Shown: positions 20,885 through 30,141, counted from the stretch's first letter. The stretch is 64,000 bases of DNA from Gudongella sp. (GCA_034004165.1 JAVEXI010000001.1:3450-67449), one strand, 5' to 3'. Numbers and translations are program-made. Notes: generated from the sequence alone by a model not told the origin.

Positions 20885-21639
20885 CATCCCCAGCAGGGGA
20901 GATCATCAAGCTTAATGCTTGCGGTCTTTCCTGTCCGGGGCCTATAATACAAGTTGCTGAAAGATTTAAAACTCTTAATGATGGTGATATTCTCGAAGTA
21001 TCAGCAACAGATCCAGGATTTTTAAGTGACATAAGAGCTTGGTGCAGAAATACTGGAAACACTTTTATAAGCGATGAAAAGCAAAAAACACAATGGGTTG
21101 TCCGACTAAAAAAAGGACTTGGCGGAGAAATTGAAAACACTGCAAAAACTATAGTATCTGCTCCAACAAAGAAGGAAAAATCAATGATTGTATTTAGTGG
21201 AGACCTGGATAAGGCCATAGCTTCATTCATTATAGCGAATGGAGCAAAGGCAATGGGTAACGACGTTACGATGTTTTTCACATTCTGGGGACTAAATATT
21301 CTTAGAAAGCCTGAACCTGTGAGCGTCAGCAAAGATTTTATTAGCACGATGTTTGGGAAAATGATGCCAAGAGGAAGCTCAAAACTAGGGCTTTCCAAAA
21401 TGAACATGGCTGGAATTGGACCTAAGCTAATAAGAAAAGTAATGAATGATAAGAACATTTCTTCTCTTGAAGAATTAATAAAGACAGGAATCGATTCAGG
21501 CATAAGAATCGTAGCATGCCAGATGTCAATGGACGTTATGGGAATAACAAAAGAAGAACTCTTTGATGGAATTGAAATTGGAGGAGTTGCAACCTATCTG
21601 GATGCAGCAGACGAATCTAACGTAAATCTATTTATTTAA
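20881..21639 (+). CDS. TusA-like plus DsrE/DsrF-like sulfur-carrier domains in the -1 frame of the preceding gene, with no start codon of their own before Met 21184
   Basis: The frame is open from 20815. It reads ...KLNACGLSCPGPIIQ... (TusA CPxP motif), then MIVFSGDLDKAIASFIIANGA...IVACQMS (DsrE-like). There is no ATG/GTG/TTG in frame between 20815 and 21184. Confidence 0.6.
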   Translation, partial: VASPAGEIIKLNACGLSCPGPIIQVAERFKTLNDGDILEVSATDPGFLSDIRAWCRNTGNTFISDEKQKTQWVVRLKKGLGGEIENTAKTIVSAPTKKEKSMIVFSGDLDKAIASFIIANGAKAMGNDVTMFFTFWGLNILRKPEPVSVSKDFISTMFGKMMPRGSSKLGLSKMNMAGIGPKLIRKVMNDKNISSLEELIKTGIDSGIRIVACQMSMDVMGITKEELFDGIEIGGVATYLDAADESNVNLFI

Positions 21640-21643
21640 AGAT

Positions 21644-21680
21644 AAAGCGGAGTGAATTTACTTTTCACTCCGCTTTATTA
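21644..21680 (+). terminator. Rho-independent terminator after the DsrE-like ORF
   Basis: 13-bp stem AAAGCGGAGTGAA / TTCACTCCGCTTT with a short T-rich tail. Confidence 0.65.
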
Positions 21681-21800
21681 CGCTTTTGTATACTAGACTT
21701 GATTATGAGAATAATGTATAATATGCATAGTAATCAATAAATGAAATGATTACACCGTTTTGTTAATAATTAAAACTTAAACATCAAAGGAGGATCTACT

Positions 21801-22346
21801 ATGAATGTAATGACACAAGATAATCTCAGATCTGCATTTGGCGGAGAAAGCCAGGCGCACATGAGATACAGAGTATGGGCTGAAAAAGCTAAAAAAGATG
21901 GTTTTCCAAACGTAGCAAGGCTTTTTATGGCTACTTCCGATGCTGAACAAGTTCACGCTACTCTCCACTTTAAGGCTCTTAAAGATATTTCAGGAGGTTT
22001 TACTGTAGTTTCTGGTGGAGAATTTGGTCTTGGTACAACTTCAGAAAACCTTGCAGGAGGCATAGCAGGTGAACTACATGAAGTTACCCAAATGTATCCA
22101 GCTTACATATCAGTTGCAGAAATGCAAGGAGAAAAAGCAGCTGTTCAGGCAATGAGATATGCAGTGGCAGCAGAGCAGGTACACGCTGACTGTTACCAGG
22201 TTGCTAAGGATTTTGTTGATGCAGAAAAAGATCTTGAAGCTAAGGTTATAGAAATGTGTCCAGTATGCGGATATATTACTCTTACGGGAGAAGAAGAAAA
22301 CTGCCCAATCTGCAGCGCAAAGAAAGCTCTATTTGTTGAATACTAA
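21801..22346 (+). CDS. rbr: Rubrerythrin
   Basis: 181 aa; diiron four-helix part with E..H motifs, plus a C-terminal rubredoxin-like CPVCGY...CPICSA. Confidence 0.9.
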   Translation: MNVMTQDNLRSAFGGESQAHMRYRVWAEKAKKDGFPNVARLFMATSDAEQVHATLHFKALKDISGGFTVVSGGEFGLGTTSENLAGGIAGELHEVTQMYPAYISVAEMQGEKAAVQAMRYAVAAEQVHADCYQVAKDFVDAEKDLEAKVIEMCPVCGYITLTGEEENCPICSAKKALFVEY

Positions 22347-22352
22347 AGATTG

Positions 22353-22380
22353 ACAGACGCCATTAAGGCGTCTGTTTTTC
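22353..22380 (+). terminator. Rho-independent terminator after rubrerythrin
   Basis: Stem CAGACGCC / GGCGTCTG followed by TTTTT. Confidence 0.85.
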
Positions 22381-22402
22381 AGATAGATTTGGAGGTTAAT
22401 TG

Positions 22403-22969
22403 ATGCTGTTTGAGACACTTGCAGTATCTATAGTCGTTGGTTTAATTAGGAAAGGAAAGTTTAAAAATATTGAATCCATCCCAGTAAAAGGATGGCCTTT
22501 TATAATAGCTGGTTTTCTTGTTTACATATCAACATTAATAATTTTGAAGTATTCATCAGGTGCATTATCGAGTTGGATATTTTCGAATATTATTTTGTTA
22601 GTGAGCACTTATTATCTTTTTATAATTATTGGTATTCTAATATCTTCAATGAGTGTCGGATTCGTCCTTATTTCAACTGGTCTGGGACTTAATGGATTAG
22701 CTTCAATAGTAAATGGTGGTAGGATGCCTGTTTCTGCAGATGCACTAAGAATAGCGGGGTTAGAGGAAAATATAAGCTTTCTTTCTGCAGGTAAGAGTTC
22801 AGTTCATATACTGGCTGACTCTGGCACTAGGCTTTATTATCTTGCGGATATTATACCAGTTCCTTTGATAATTCCTAAAGTCATTAGCATAGGAGATATT
22901 ATATTGGCAATAGGAATTTTTCTAACTATTCAAAAATATATGACTTTATCTAATTCGTTGCATAGCTGA
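22403..22969 (+). CDS. Integral membrane protein (DUF5317-like)
   Basis: About 188 aa and strongly hydrophobic with several TM segments; ATG 22403 lies 7 nt after GGAGG. Confidence 0.55.
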   Translation: MLFETLAVSIVVGLIRKGKFKNIESIPVKGWPFIIAGFLVYISTLIILKYSSGALSSWIFSNIILLVSTYYLFIIIGILISSMSVGFVLISTGLGLNGLASIVNGGRMPVSADALRIAGLEENISFLSAGKSSVHILADSGTRLYYLADIIPVPLIIPKVISIGDIILAIGIFLTIQKYMTLSNSLHS

Positions 22970-23010
22970 GCAATAAGAGATAGAATATAGGTACTGGAGT
23001 TGTTATTCTA

Positions 23011-24231
23011 ATGAAGAGATGGATTCTGCCAATTTTGGCAATTTTACTCATTGCAAGTGGGGTACTTCTCAGCGGTATGGCAGCAGAGAGATTTCAAACA
23101 GGAGAAGCGGCTGTTGATGAAAACGTTATCCTGGAACCTGAAATAGATGGAGAATCGGTTGATGTAGCAGAAGAAGAGTTCGAGCCTGAGCCTTCATCTT
23201 TAAGGATTATTGCCGTCGGAGATATAATGTTTCACATCCCACAAATTAATAGCGCTGCAGACGAAGAGGGCGGATTTAATTTTGAACCTCCATTTACCTT
23301 TGTAAAGAGTTATATCGATGAAGCTGATATAGCCATTGCAAATTTGGAAACGGTTATAGCCAGTAGCGGAGGACCTTACCGTGGGTTCCCTAGGTTCAAT
23401 AGTCCTGTAGAAACCCTCGATGCACTTAAATCAACAGGCTTTGATATACTGACAACTGCGAATAACCATACTCTCGACCAAGGTAAAACAGGATTGATAA
23501 ATACCATAAATGAGATCGAAAAGAGAAATTTTGTTCAAATTGGAACAAGCAAGACAGAGAGAAAAGATTACGAAATAGTCGAGAAAAATGGCATTTCGAT
23601 AGCATTTTTTGCTTATACTTACGGTTTGAATGGGCTGGATAGCTTGCTTTCAAAAGATGAACTATCAACTATGGTCAACCTGATTGATAAAGACAGGATG
23701 GCTGACTCAATTTTACAAGCGAGAGCGGAAGGCGCTGAATTAATTGTAGTTTCATTGCATTGGGGCTATGAATATCATACAAGAGCGTCAACTATACAAA
23801 GAGATCTTGCTGAATTTCTCATCAATAATGGAACCGATATAATTCTCGGGAGTCATCCTCATGTTGTCCAAGAGGTTGAGTTATTGGAAACAGAAACAAA
23901 TACAGGGCTTGTCATCTATTCCATGGGAAATTTTATTTCTAACCAAAGATACGAAACTATGGGTGTATCTGCTACTGAAAATGGCCTTATGGTTATGATA
24001 GATATTGAAAAAGATTTGATTACCGAAAATATTGAAATAACAAGTATCACCCCATTAGTGACGTGGGTGGATAGATACGAGACCAATGGTAAGTATGATT
24101 ATCGTATCGTACCTATCGAAGAAGCTCTTTCAGGTAATTTAGATATGAACTTAACAGATGGGAAAGAAGCAAAGTTAAAAAAGTCTCTTGAAGAAATAAA
24201 TTCTCTAATTGATGAAAATATCACATTTTAA
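23011..24231 (+). CDS. CapA-family (PGA_cap) metallophosphatase-fold protein, membrane-anchored
   Basis: N-terminal TM helix; motifs AVGDIMFH, NLE, ANNHTLD, HWGYEY, GSHPHV. Confidence 0.8.
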   Translation: MKRWILPILAILLIASGVLLSGMAAERFQTGEAAVDENVILEPEIDGESVDVAEEEFEPEPSSLRIIAVGDIMFHIPQINSAADEEGGFNFEPPFTFVKSYIDEADIAIANLETVIASSGGPYRGFPRFNSPVETLDALKSTGFDILTTANNHTLDQGKTGLINTINEIEKRNFVQIGTSKTERKDYEIVEKNGISIAFFAYTYGLNGLDSLLSKDELSTMVNLIDKDRMADSILQARAEGAELIVVSLHWGYEYHTRASTIQRDLAEFLINNGTDIILGSHPHVVQEVELLETETNTGLVIYSMGNFISNQRYETMGVSATENGLMVMIDIEKDLITENIEITSITPLVTWVDRYETNGKYDYRIVPIEEALSGNLDMNLTDGKEAKLKKSLEEINSLIDENITF

Positions 24232-24326
24232 ATCAATTGCAAAAAAACCTGATATATTTATACAAATCAATCAACTTCTAATGTATAATTAAACTGAGTA
24301 GATTACATTAAAAAGGCGGGATCTGA

Positions 24327-25148
24327 TTGCAATACCTTATCGATACATTTGCAAACATCAGAATCAGGGATATCATCGATATCCTTATCGTTGCTGTAGT
24401 TCTGTATAAGCTTTTTACTCTCATTAGAGAGACAAGAGCAGAACAGTTGATAAAAGGTATAGGAATTCTACTTATTCTTACAAAGATTAGTGAGTGGCAG
24501 GAGCTATACACTATAAACTGGATACTGAGTAATGCAATGACTGTTGGTACTCTGGCTATTCTTATAGTTTTCCAGCCTGAGTTGAGAAGAGGATTGGAGT
24601 ACATAGGCAGAAGCCGTTTCTTTTCCAAATCACTTATAGAAATTAGAACAGAAAGCATGTCAAAGGTAGTAGATGAAATAGTAGAAGCTACTGCCTCACT
24701 TTCACGTCAAAAAATCGGCGCCCTAATGGTCCTTGAAAGACAGACTGGTTTAAATGAACTTCTTGAAACCGGAACGAGAATTGGTGGCGCAGTCAGCAGT
24801 GATCTCTTAATAAATATTTTCATTCCAAATACTCCTTTACATGATGGTGCTGTGATTATTAAAGATGATATTATTAAAGCTGCAGCCTGCTTTTTACCGC
24901 TTACTGACAATTCCAATATAAGTAAAGAACTTGGTACAAGGCACAGGGCAGCTCTTGGTATTTCTGAAAGGTCAGATAGTCTTTCGATCGTTGTATCAGA
25001 AGAGACAGGGGCCATTTCGATAGCTGAAAATGGTACTATTTCAAGGTATCTTGATGCAAAAACTTTGAGACAGATTCTTTTAGAAATGTATAAACCAAAA
25101 GGCGGTAATCAGACATTCATAACAAAATGGAGGCGACGGGATGAATAG
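24327..25148 (+). CDS. cdaA: Diadenylate cyclase (c-di-AMP synthase)
   Basis: Three N-terminal TM helices plus a DAC domain (DGAVII, RHRAALG); TTG start. Confidence 0.9.
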   Translation: MQYLIDTFANIRIRDIIDILIVAVVLYKLFTLIRETRAEQLIKGIGILLILTKISEWQELYTINWILSNAMTVGTLAILIVFQPELRRGLEYIGRSRFFSKSLIEIRTESMSKVVDEIVEATASLSRQKIGALMVLERQTGLNELLETGTRIGGAVSSDLLINIFIPNTPLHDGAVIIKDDIIKAAACFLPLTDNSNISKELGTRHRAALGISERSDSLSIVVSEETGAISIAENGTISRYLDAKTLRQILLEMYKPKGGNQTFITKWRRRDE

Positions 25149-26361
25149 GAAAAGCGAAATAACTGCAAAAGTCCTGGTTCTTGTTATAGCCATTTTTCTG
25201 TGGAGTTATGTTATGAGTGAGGTTGATCCTGTCATTACGCCCAGAATCAGAAATGTAAAAATAACCTTTTCAAATACTGCTGCCCTAGAGAGAAATGGTT
25301 ATGTGAATATGGGACCTGAAGAGGTTAAAATTGATGTTTGGATAAAGGGTAAAAAATCTGAAATAGACAAGAAGTTTGATAGTTCGAAAATATTTGCAAG
25401 TGTTGACTTGAGTGGATATACAGAAGGGCAGGTAAAAGTACCCATTATGGTTGGACTTTTGGATCAAACTGCAGAAGTTTTCATCGATAATTGGGAACCA
25501 AAGGAGGCTCTGTTTACAATAGATAAGATCGTCACAAAAGAAGTGCCTGTAACAGTTACAACTTCAGGACAACTACCAGACACATATGTACTTGGCAATA
25601 TAGTTTCAAGGCCTCAGACAGTATTGTTGAGAGGACCTAGGACCTGGCTTAATGAAGTAAGCAGGATAATAGCTATAGTAGACATTCTTGGGAAGACAGA
25701 AACTCTAAATATGGCAGTACCAATAAAGGCCGTTGACGACGAAGGAGAAGAGGTCAGAGGAGTAGAAAGGGAACCTGGAATTGTAGATATGACAGTTCCA
25801 ATATATAAAACTGCTCGTGTACCTATTGAGCTTCTAACTGAAAACGAGCTTCCAGAAAACTTCTCTCTGGTGGATATGGAAATTAGTCCTTCCGAAGTTA
25901 TGATAAAGGGAGATAAGTCGGTTGATACAATATTCAGAGTTCAGACTGTACCTGTAGACGTATTGGATTTGCTTGATAAAGATAGCCACGAGCTAAAACT
26001 TAGCCTGCCAACAGGTATGGAGCTGCTTAATCCTGAAATTAAAATCAATTTAACATATAAAGTTGAAGAGACGATTGAACAAACTATGCAATTTACACTG
26101 GATCAGATAAGGACGGTTAATATCCCTTCAGGTCTTGAACTTGATGAATTGGATAACGACCTTGTATATACAGTTATCCTTAAAGGATACAAGTCAGTAC
26201 TCGAAGAAACAGATATCATTAGAGACTTAAAGCCAACTGTGGATCTTAGGGGTCTCGAAGCTGGATTGCATCAGTTAGAAATTGAATTTATTCAGTCTGG
26301 CAATATAACAGTAGAAACAGTTATTCCTAATATTGTTGAAATAAATCTTTTGGAAGAATAA
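25141..26361 (+). CDS. cdaR: CdaA regulatory protein (YbbR-domain repeats)
   Basis: 406 aa; N-terminal TM helix followed by repeated YbbR-like beta domains; overlaps cdaA by 8 nt. Confidence 0.85.
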   Translation: MNRKSEITAKVLVLVIAIFLWSYVMSEVDPVITPRIRNVKITFSNTAALERNGYVNMGPEEVKIDVWIKGKKSEIDKKFDSSKIFASVDLSGYTEGQVKVPIMVGLLDQTAEVFIDNWEPKEALFTIDKIVTKEVPVTVTTSGQLPDTYVLGNIVSRPQTVLLRGPRTWLNEVSRIIAIVDILGKTETLNMAVPIKAVDDEGEEVRGVEREPGIVDMTVPIYKTARVPIELLTENELPENFSLVDMEISPSEVMIKGDKSVDTIFRVQTVPVDVLDLLDKDSHELKLSLPTGMELLNPEIKINLTYKVEETIEQTMQFTLDQIRTVNIPSGLELDELDNDLVYTVILKGYKSVLEETDIIRDLKPTVDLRGLEAGLHQLEIEFIQSGNITVETVIPNIVEINLLEE

Positions 26362-26371
26362 GGGGGCAAAT

Positions 26372-27454
26372 ATGGAAAAAAAGTATGTTCTGGCAATTAA
26401 CCCAGGATCAACATCAACTAAGGTATCGCTGTTTGAGGGCTTAACAGAGTATAAGTCAAAAAAACTTGACCACTTGACAGAAGACCTTGACAGATTCGAT
26501 GACATTTACAGTCAGTATGATTACAGACTTGAGATTATCAACAACTGGCTGGAAGAAGAAAGAATCAGTATAGAAGAGCTTGAAGCAGTTGTAGGTAGAG
26601 GCGGTCTGTTAATGCCGATACCCAGCGGTACTTATGCGGTGACAGATGCGATGATTGAAGACCTAAAAATTGGTGTTCAGGGTCAGCATGCTTCTAATCT
26701 TGGAGGCATACTCGCAAAGGGAATAGCTGATAAAGCTGGTATCCCTTCGTTTATTGTCGATCCGGTAGCTGTGGATGAGTTTGAGGACATCGCAAGAATT
26801 TCAGGTCTTAAAGATCTTCCGAGAACATCATTGATACACGCTTTGAATATCAAAGCGGTGTGCCATAGATTCTCAAAAGAATACAATCAGCCTGTAGATG
26901 AACTAAATATAATAGTTACTCACATGGGTGGAGGGATATCTGTTGCTCCAATAGAGAATGGGAAAATAGTCGACGCAAATGGAGCCAATAATCTGGGACC
27001 GTTTTCACCAGAAAGAGCTGGCGGACTGCCAGTATGGGATATAGTGGAGATGTGTTATTCCGGAGATTACGAAGAAGGTCAGATTAAGAAAATGATCGTT
27101 GGCAAAGGTGGACTTGTATCCTATCTGGGAACATTTGACGGAAGAGAGGTAGTTTCCAGAATAGAAAATGGTGATGAAGAAGCAAGACTTATTTACGATG
27201 CAATGGCATATCAAATCGGAAAAGAAATAGGCGCTTACAGTACCGTTTTAAAAGGAAAAGCTACTGCTATACTACTGACAGGTGGTTTGGCATTTTCAGA
27301 ATATCTGGTAGATAAAATAAAGCAAATGGTTTCATTTATAGCTCCAGTGGTGGTTTACCCCGGAGAAGATGAAATGACTTCTCTTAACGAAGGCGCGAGA
27401 AGAGTTTTAAGTGGAAGTGAGAAAGCAAAAATTTATGAAGATGAGGTGAGATAA
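26372..27454 (+). CDS. buk: Butyrate (short/branched-chain acyl) kinase, copy 1
   Basis: 360 aa; [10 protein letters not shown]-terminus, ASKHA-fold kinase. The start lies only 10 nt after the cdaR stop. Confidence 0.9.
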   Translation: MEKKYVLAINPGSTSTKVSLFEGLTEYKSKKLDHLTEDLDRFDDIYSQYDYRLEIINNWLEEERISIEELEAVVGRGGLLMPIPSGTYAVTDAMIEDLKIGVQGQHASNLGGILAKGIADKAGIPSFIVDPVAVDEFEDIARISGLKDLPRTSLIHALNIKAVCHRFSKEYNQPVDELNIIVTHMGGGISVAPIENGKIVDANGANNLGPFSPERAGGLPVWDIVEMCYSGDYEEGQIKKMIVGKGGLVSYLGTFDGREVVSRIENGDEEARLIYDAMAYQIGKEIGAYSTVLKGKATAILLTGGLAFSEYLVDKIKQMVSFIAPVVVYPGEDEMTSLNEGARRVLSGSEKAKIYEDEVR

Positions 27455-28350
27455 TGGCAAAAAATTTTGAAGCTTTATTTCAACTTGCTATTGAGAAAGG
27501 ACCTAAGAAAGTAGCAGTCGCTGTGGCACAAGATGAAGATGTTCTAGGAGCAGTAAAAGAAGCTTACCTAAAGGGGATAGTGACGCCGGTTTTAGTTGGA
27601 GATAAAGAAGGCATTGAAAAAATTGCCGGAGCTATCGGGTTTGATCTTACAGGAGTTGAGATAATAGACGAAAAAGACGGTACTGCAGCTGCCAGAAAGG
27701 CCACCAGCCTTGTTAGCAGTGGCTATGCACAGGTTTTGATGAAAGGTTTAATTGATACCTCTGTAATAATGAGGGCAGTTCTTGATGCAGAAATAGGGCT
27801 AAGAACAGGTAATGTAATAAGCCACGTAGCAGTATTTGATGTACCAACATACCATAAAGTTTTTATAGTAACTGACGCAGCTATGATAATAGCTCCAGAT
27901 ATCAAACAGAAAAAAGAGATTATTGAGAATGCTGTTGGACTGGCTCATTCCCTGGATATACCAAATCCAAAAGTTGCAGTACTTGCTGCAAAGGAGAAAG
28001 TTAGCGATAAAATGGAAGCAACAGTAGATGCAAAGACTCTTACGGATATGAACAAAGCTGGCGAAATTAAAGGTTGCATTGTAGATGGACCGCTTGCTCT
28101 TGATAATGCCGTAAGCAAGGAATCAGCGAGAATCAAAGGCATCGATAGCGAAGTAGCTGGAGACGCAGATATTTTGCTTGCACCAGATATCGAAGCAGGA
28201 AATATTTTGTATAAGGCTCTTACGTTCTTAGGCAATGCGAAGTCAGCTGGTCTGATCGTAGGAACAAGTAAGCCTATAGTTTTGACTTCAAGAGCTGACA
28301 GTGAAGAAGCGAAACTTAATTCAATAGTACTCGCCACACTGATGGCTTAA
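27454..28350 (+). CDS. ptb: Phosphate butyryltransferase
   Basis: 298 aa with PTA/PTB-family sequence; start overlaps the buk stop. Confidence 0.9.
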   Translation: MAKNFEALFQLAIEKGPKKVAVAVAQDEDVLGAVKEAYLKGIVTPVLVGDKEGIEKIAGAIGFDLTGVEIIDEKDGTAAARKATSLVSSGYAQVLMKGLIDTSVIMRAVLDAEIGLRTGNVISHVAVFDVPTYHKVFIVTDAAMIIAPDIKQKKEIIENAVGLAHSLDIPNPKVAVLAAKEKVSDKMEATVDAKTLTDMNKAGEIKGCIVDGPLALDNAVSKESARIKGIDSEVAGDADILLAPDIEAGNILYKALTFLGNAKSAGLIVGTSKPIVLTSRADSEEAKLNSIVLATLMA

Positions 28351-28363
28351 GGGGAGACGTTGT

Positions 28364-29437
28364 ATGAATAATTTTAAGATGCTAATAATTAATCCTGGAA
28401 GCACGTCCACTAAGATTGCTGTTTTTGACAACGACAAGATGTTATTCGAAGAAACTCTTAGACATGATGTGGATGTTTTATGTGCTTTTGACAGAGTGAA
28501 CGACCAGATGGATTTTAGAAAGAACATAATAATGGAAGCTCTAAGCAAGAATAGTGTTGATAAGAAAACGCTTTCAGCAGTTGTTGGAAGAGGTGGTTTA
28601 CTTAAACCAATAGAAGGCGGAACCTATGAAGTCAATGAAGTTATGATTAAAGATTTAAATAATGGCGAGAAAGGTGAACACGCATCTAATTTAGGTGGAA
28701 TACTGGCTTATGAGATAGCGAAGGAAATTGGAGGAAGAGCTTTTATAGTTGATCCCGTGGTTGTTGATGAGATGCAGGATTTGGCTCGAATATCTGGGCT
28801 TAAGGGAATCGAAAGACAAAGTATATTCCATGCTTTAAATCAGAAAGCTGTAGCAAGAAGATACGCTGCTTCAATTGGCAAAAAATACGATGAACTAAAC
28901 CTTGTCGTAGTGCACCTGGGTGGTGGAATTTCCGTTGGAACCCATAAAGAAGGCAGAGTAATCGATGTGCCTAACGCATTAAATGGAGAGGGTCCATTTT
29001 CTCCAGAAAGAGCAGGGGGACTTCCTATTTGGGATCTTGTTGAACTATGCTTTTCCAGGAAATATACAAAAGAAGAATTAAAGAAATTACTCGTTGGCAA
29101 AGGTGGAATTGTATCTTACCTTGGAACGAACGACGCCAGAGAAGTCGACAGAAGGATTGAAGAAGGAGATGAGTACGCAGAGCTGATATACAAGGCCATG
29201 GCATATCAAGTGGCTAAAGAAGTTGGAGCTTCAGCTGCTGTACTAAAAGGAGATGTCGACCAAATAATTGTTACAGGTGGCATCGCATACGATAAGATGT
29301 TTATTGAGTGGTTAAAAGAGAGAATTGAATTTATTGCCGGAGTTACAGTGTATCCTGGTGAGGATGAATTACAGGCACTTGCAGAAGGCGGACTGAGAGT
29401 TCTTACAGAAGAAGAAAAACCAAAGATATATAGTTAG
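28364..29437 (+). CDS. buk: Butyrate (short/branched-chain acyl) kinase, copy 2
   Basis: 357 aa; a paralogue of 26372..27454 that aligns along its whole length (INPGSTSTK, GGLPxWDxVE, YPGEDE). Confidence 0.9.
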   Translation: MNNFKMLIINPGSTSTKIAVFDNDKMLFEETLRHDVDVLCAFDRVNDQMDFRKNIIMEALSKNSVDKKTLSAVVGRGGLLKPIEGGTYEVNEVMIKDLNNGEKGEHASNLGGILAYEIAKEIGGRAFIVDPVVVDEMQDLARISGLKGIERQSIFHALNQKAVARRYAASIGKKYDELNLVVVHLGGGISVGTHKEGRVIDVPNALNGEGPFSPERAGGLPIWDLVELCFSRKYTKEELKKLLVGKGGIVSYLGTNDAREVDRRIEEGDEYAELIYKAMAYQVAKEVGASAAVLKGDVDQIIVTGGIAYDKMFIEWLKERIEFIAGVTVYPGEDELQALAEGGLRVLTEEEKPKIYS

Positions 29438-29446
29438 GAGAATTTC

Positions 29447-30121
29447 ATGCTAAATGACAAAAGAATCAGAATCGTAATAGGTCATTACGGTAGTGGAAAA
29501 ACAGAATTCAGCGTAAATTACGCTGTAAAACTCGCAAAAATGGGAAAAAGAGTTGGACTGGTTGACCTGGATGTCATCAACCCTTATTTTAGGTCGAGAG
29601 AGAAGACAGACATATTAAATGAAATGGGGATAAAAGTACTAGGAAGCAACCTTAAGGGCAATGCCCTTGATATTCCAGCTGTTTCAGGGGATGTTTTAGT
29701 GCCCATTCAGGATGCAAGCTACGAAGCGATATTTGACGTAGGCGGAGACCCAGCGGGTGCCAGGGCTCTGGGAGTATACCATGAGCTTTTAGAGAAAGAC
29801 GGATACGATATGTTTTTTGTTCTCAATGCAAATAGACCTGAAACTCAGTCTGTTGAAAAGGCAATGGAATATATATACAAAATAGAAGCTACATCAAGAG
29901 CAAAAGTGACAGGCATAGTGAACAATACACACATGCTTAAATCGACAACCGCAGAGGATGTCATCAGGGGTTATGAGCTTGCTGTTAAGGTTTCCAAGGA
30001 ATCAGGGATACCTCTTAAGTACAACACATGTCTGGAACATCTGGTGGATACGCTGCCAGAACAAATTAGGGCCACTATCTTCCCAATTGAACTTTTCATG
30101 AGGGAAGAATGGATGATATAA
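29447..30121 (+). CDS. Uncharacterised P-loop NTPase (SIMIBI/MinD-CooC-like)
   Basis: 224 aa; Walker A GHYGSGKT near the N-terminus, DVGGD Walker B/switch-like motif, NNTH. Tightly packed between buk2 and the oxidoreductase genes. Confidence 0.6.
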   Translation: MLNDKRIRIVIGHYGSGKTEFSVNYAVKLAKMGKRVGLVDLDVINPYFRSREKTDILNEMGIKVLGSNLKGNALDIPAVSGDVLVPIQDASYEAIFDVGGDPAGARALGVYHELLEKDGYDMFFVLNANRPETQSVEKAMEYIYKIEATSRAKVTGIVNNTHMLKSTTAEDVIRGYELAVKVSKESGIPLKYNTCLEHLVDTLPEQIRATIFPIELFMREEWMI

Positions 30122-30141
30122 AAAAGAGGAGGAAAAAAAGT

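Noticed and set aside
20781-21503. 240-aa ORF on the - strand across the TusA/DsrE region
   Set aside because: It is antisense to sequence with clear TusA and DsrE motifs. Its S/F/L/P-rich low-complexity composition is typical of shadow ORFs opposite AT-rich, Lys/Glu-rich coding sequence, and it has no SD.
24280-24305. dif-like XerCD site (ACTTCTAATGTATAATTAAACT)
   Set aside because: It matches Firmicute dif only loosely, with the wrong length and a poor XerD arm. The location next to origin-proximal ribosomal genes is also wrong for dif. It is better explained as the TGTATAAT -10 region of the cdaA promoter.
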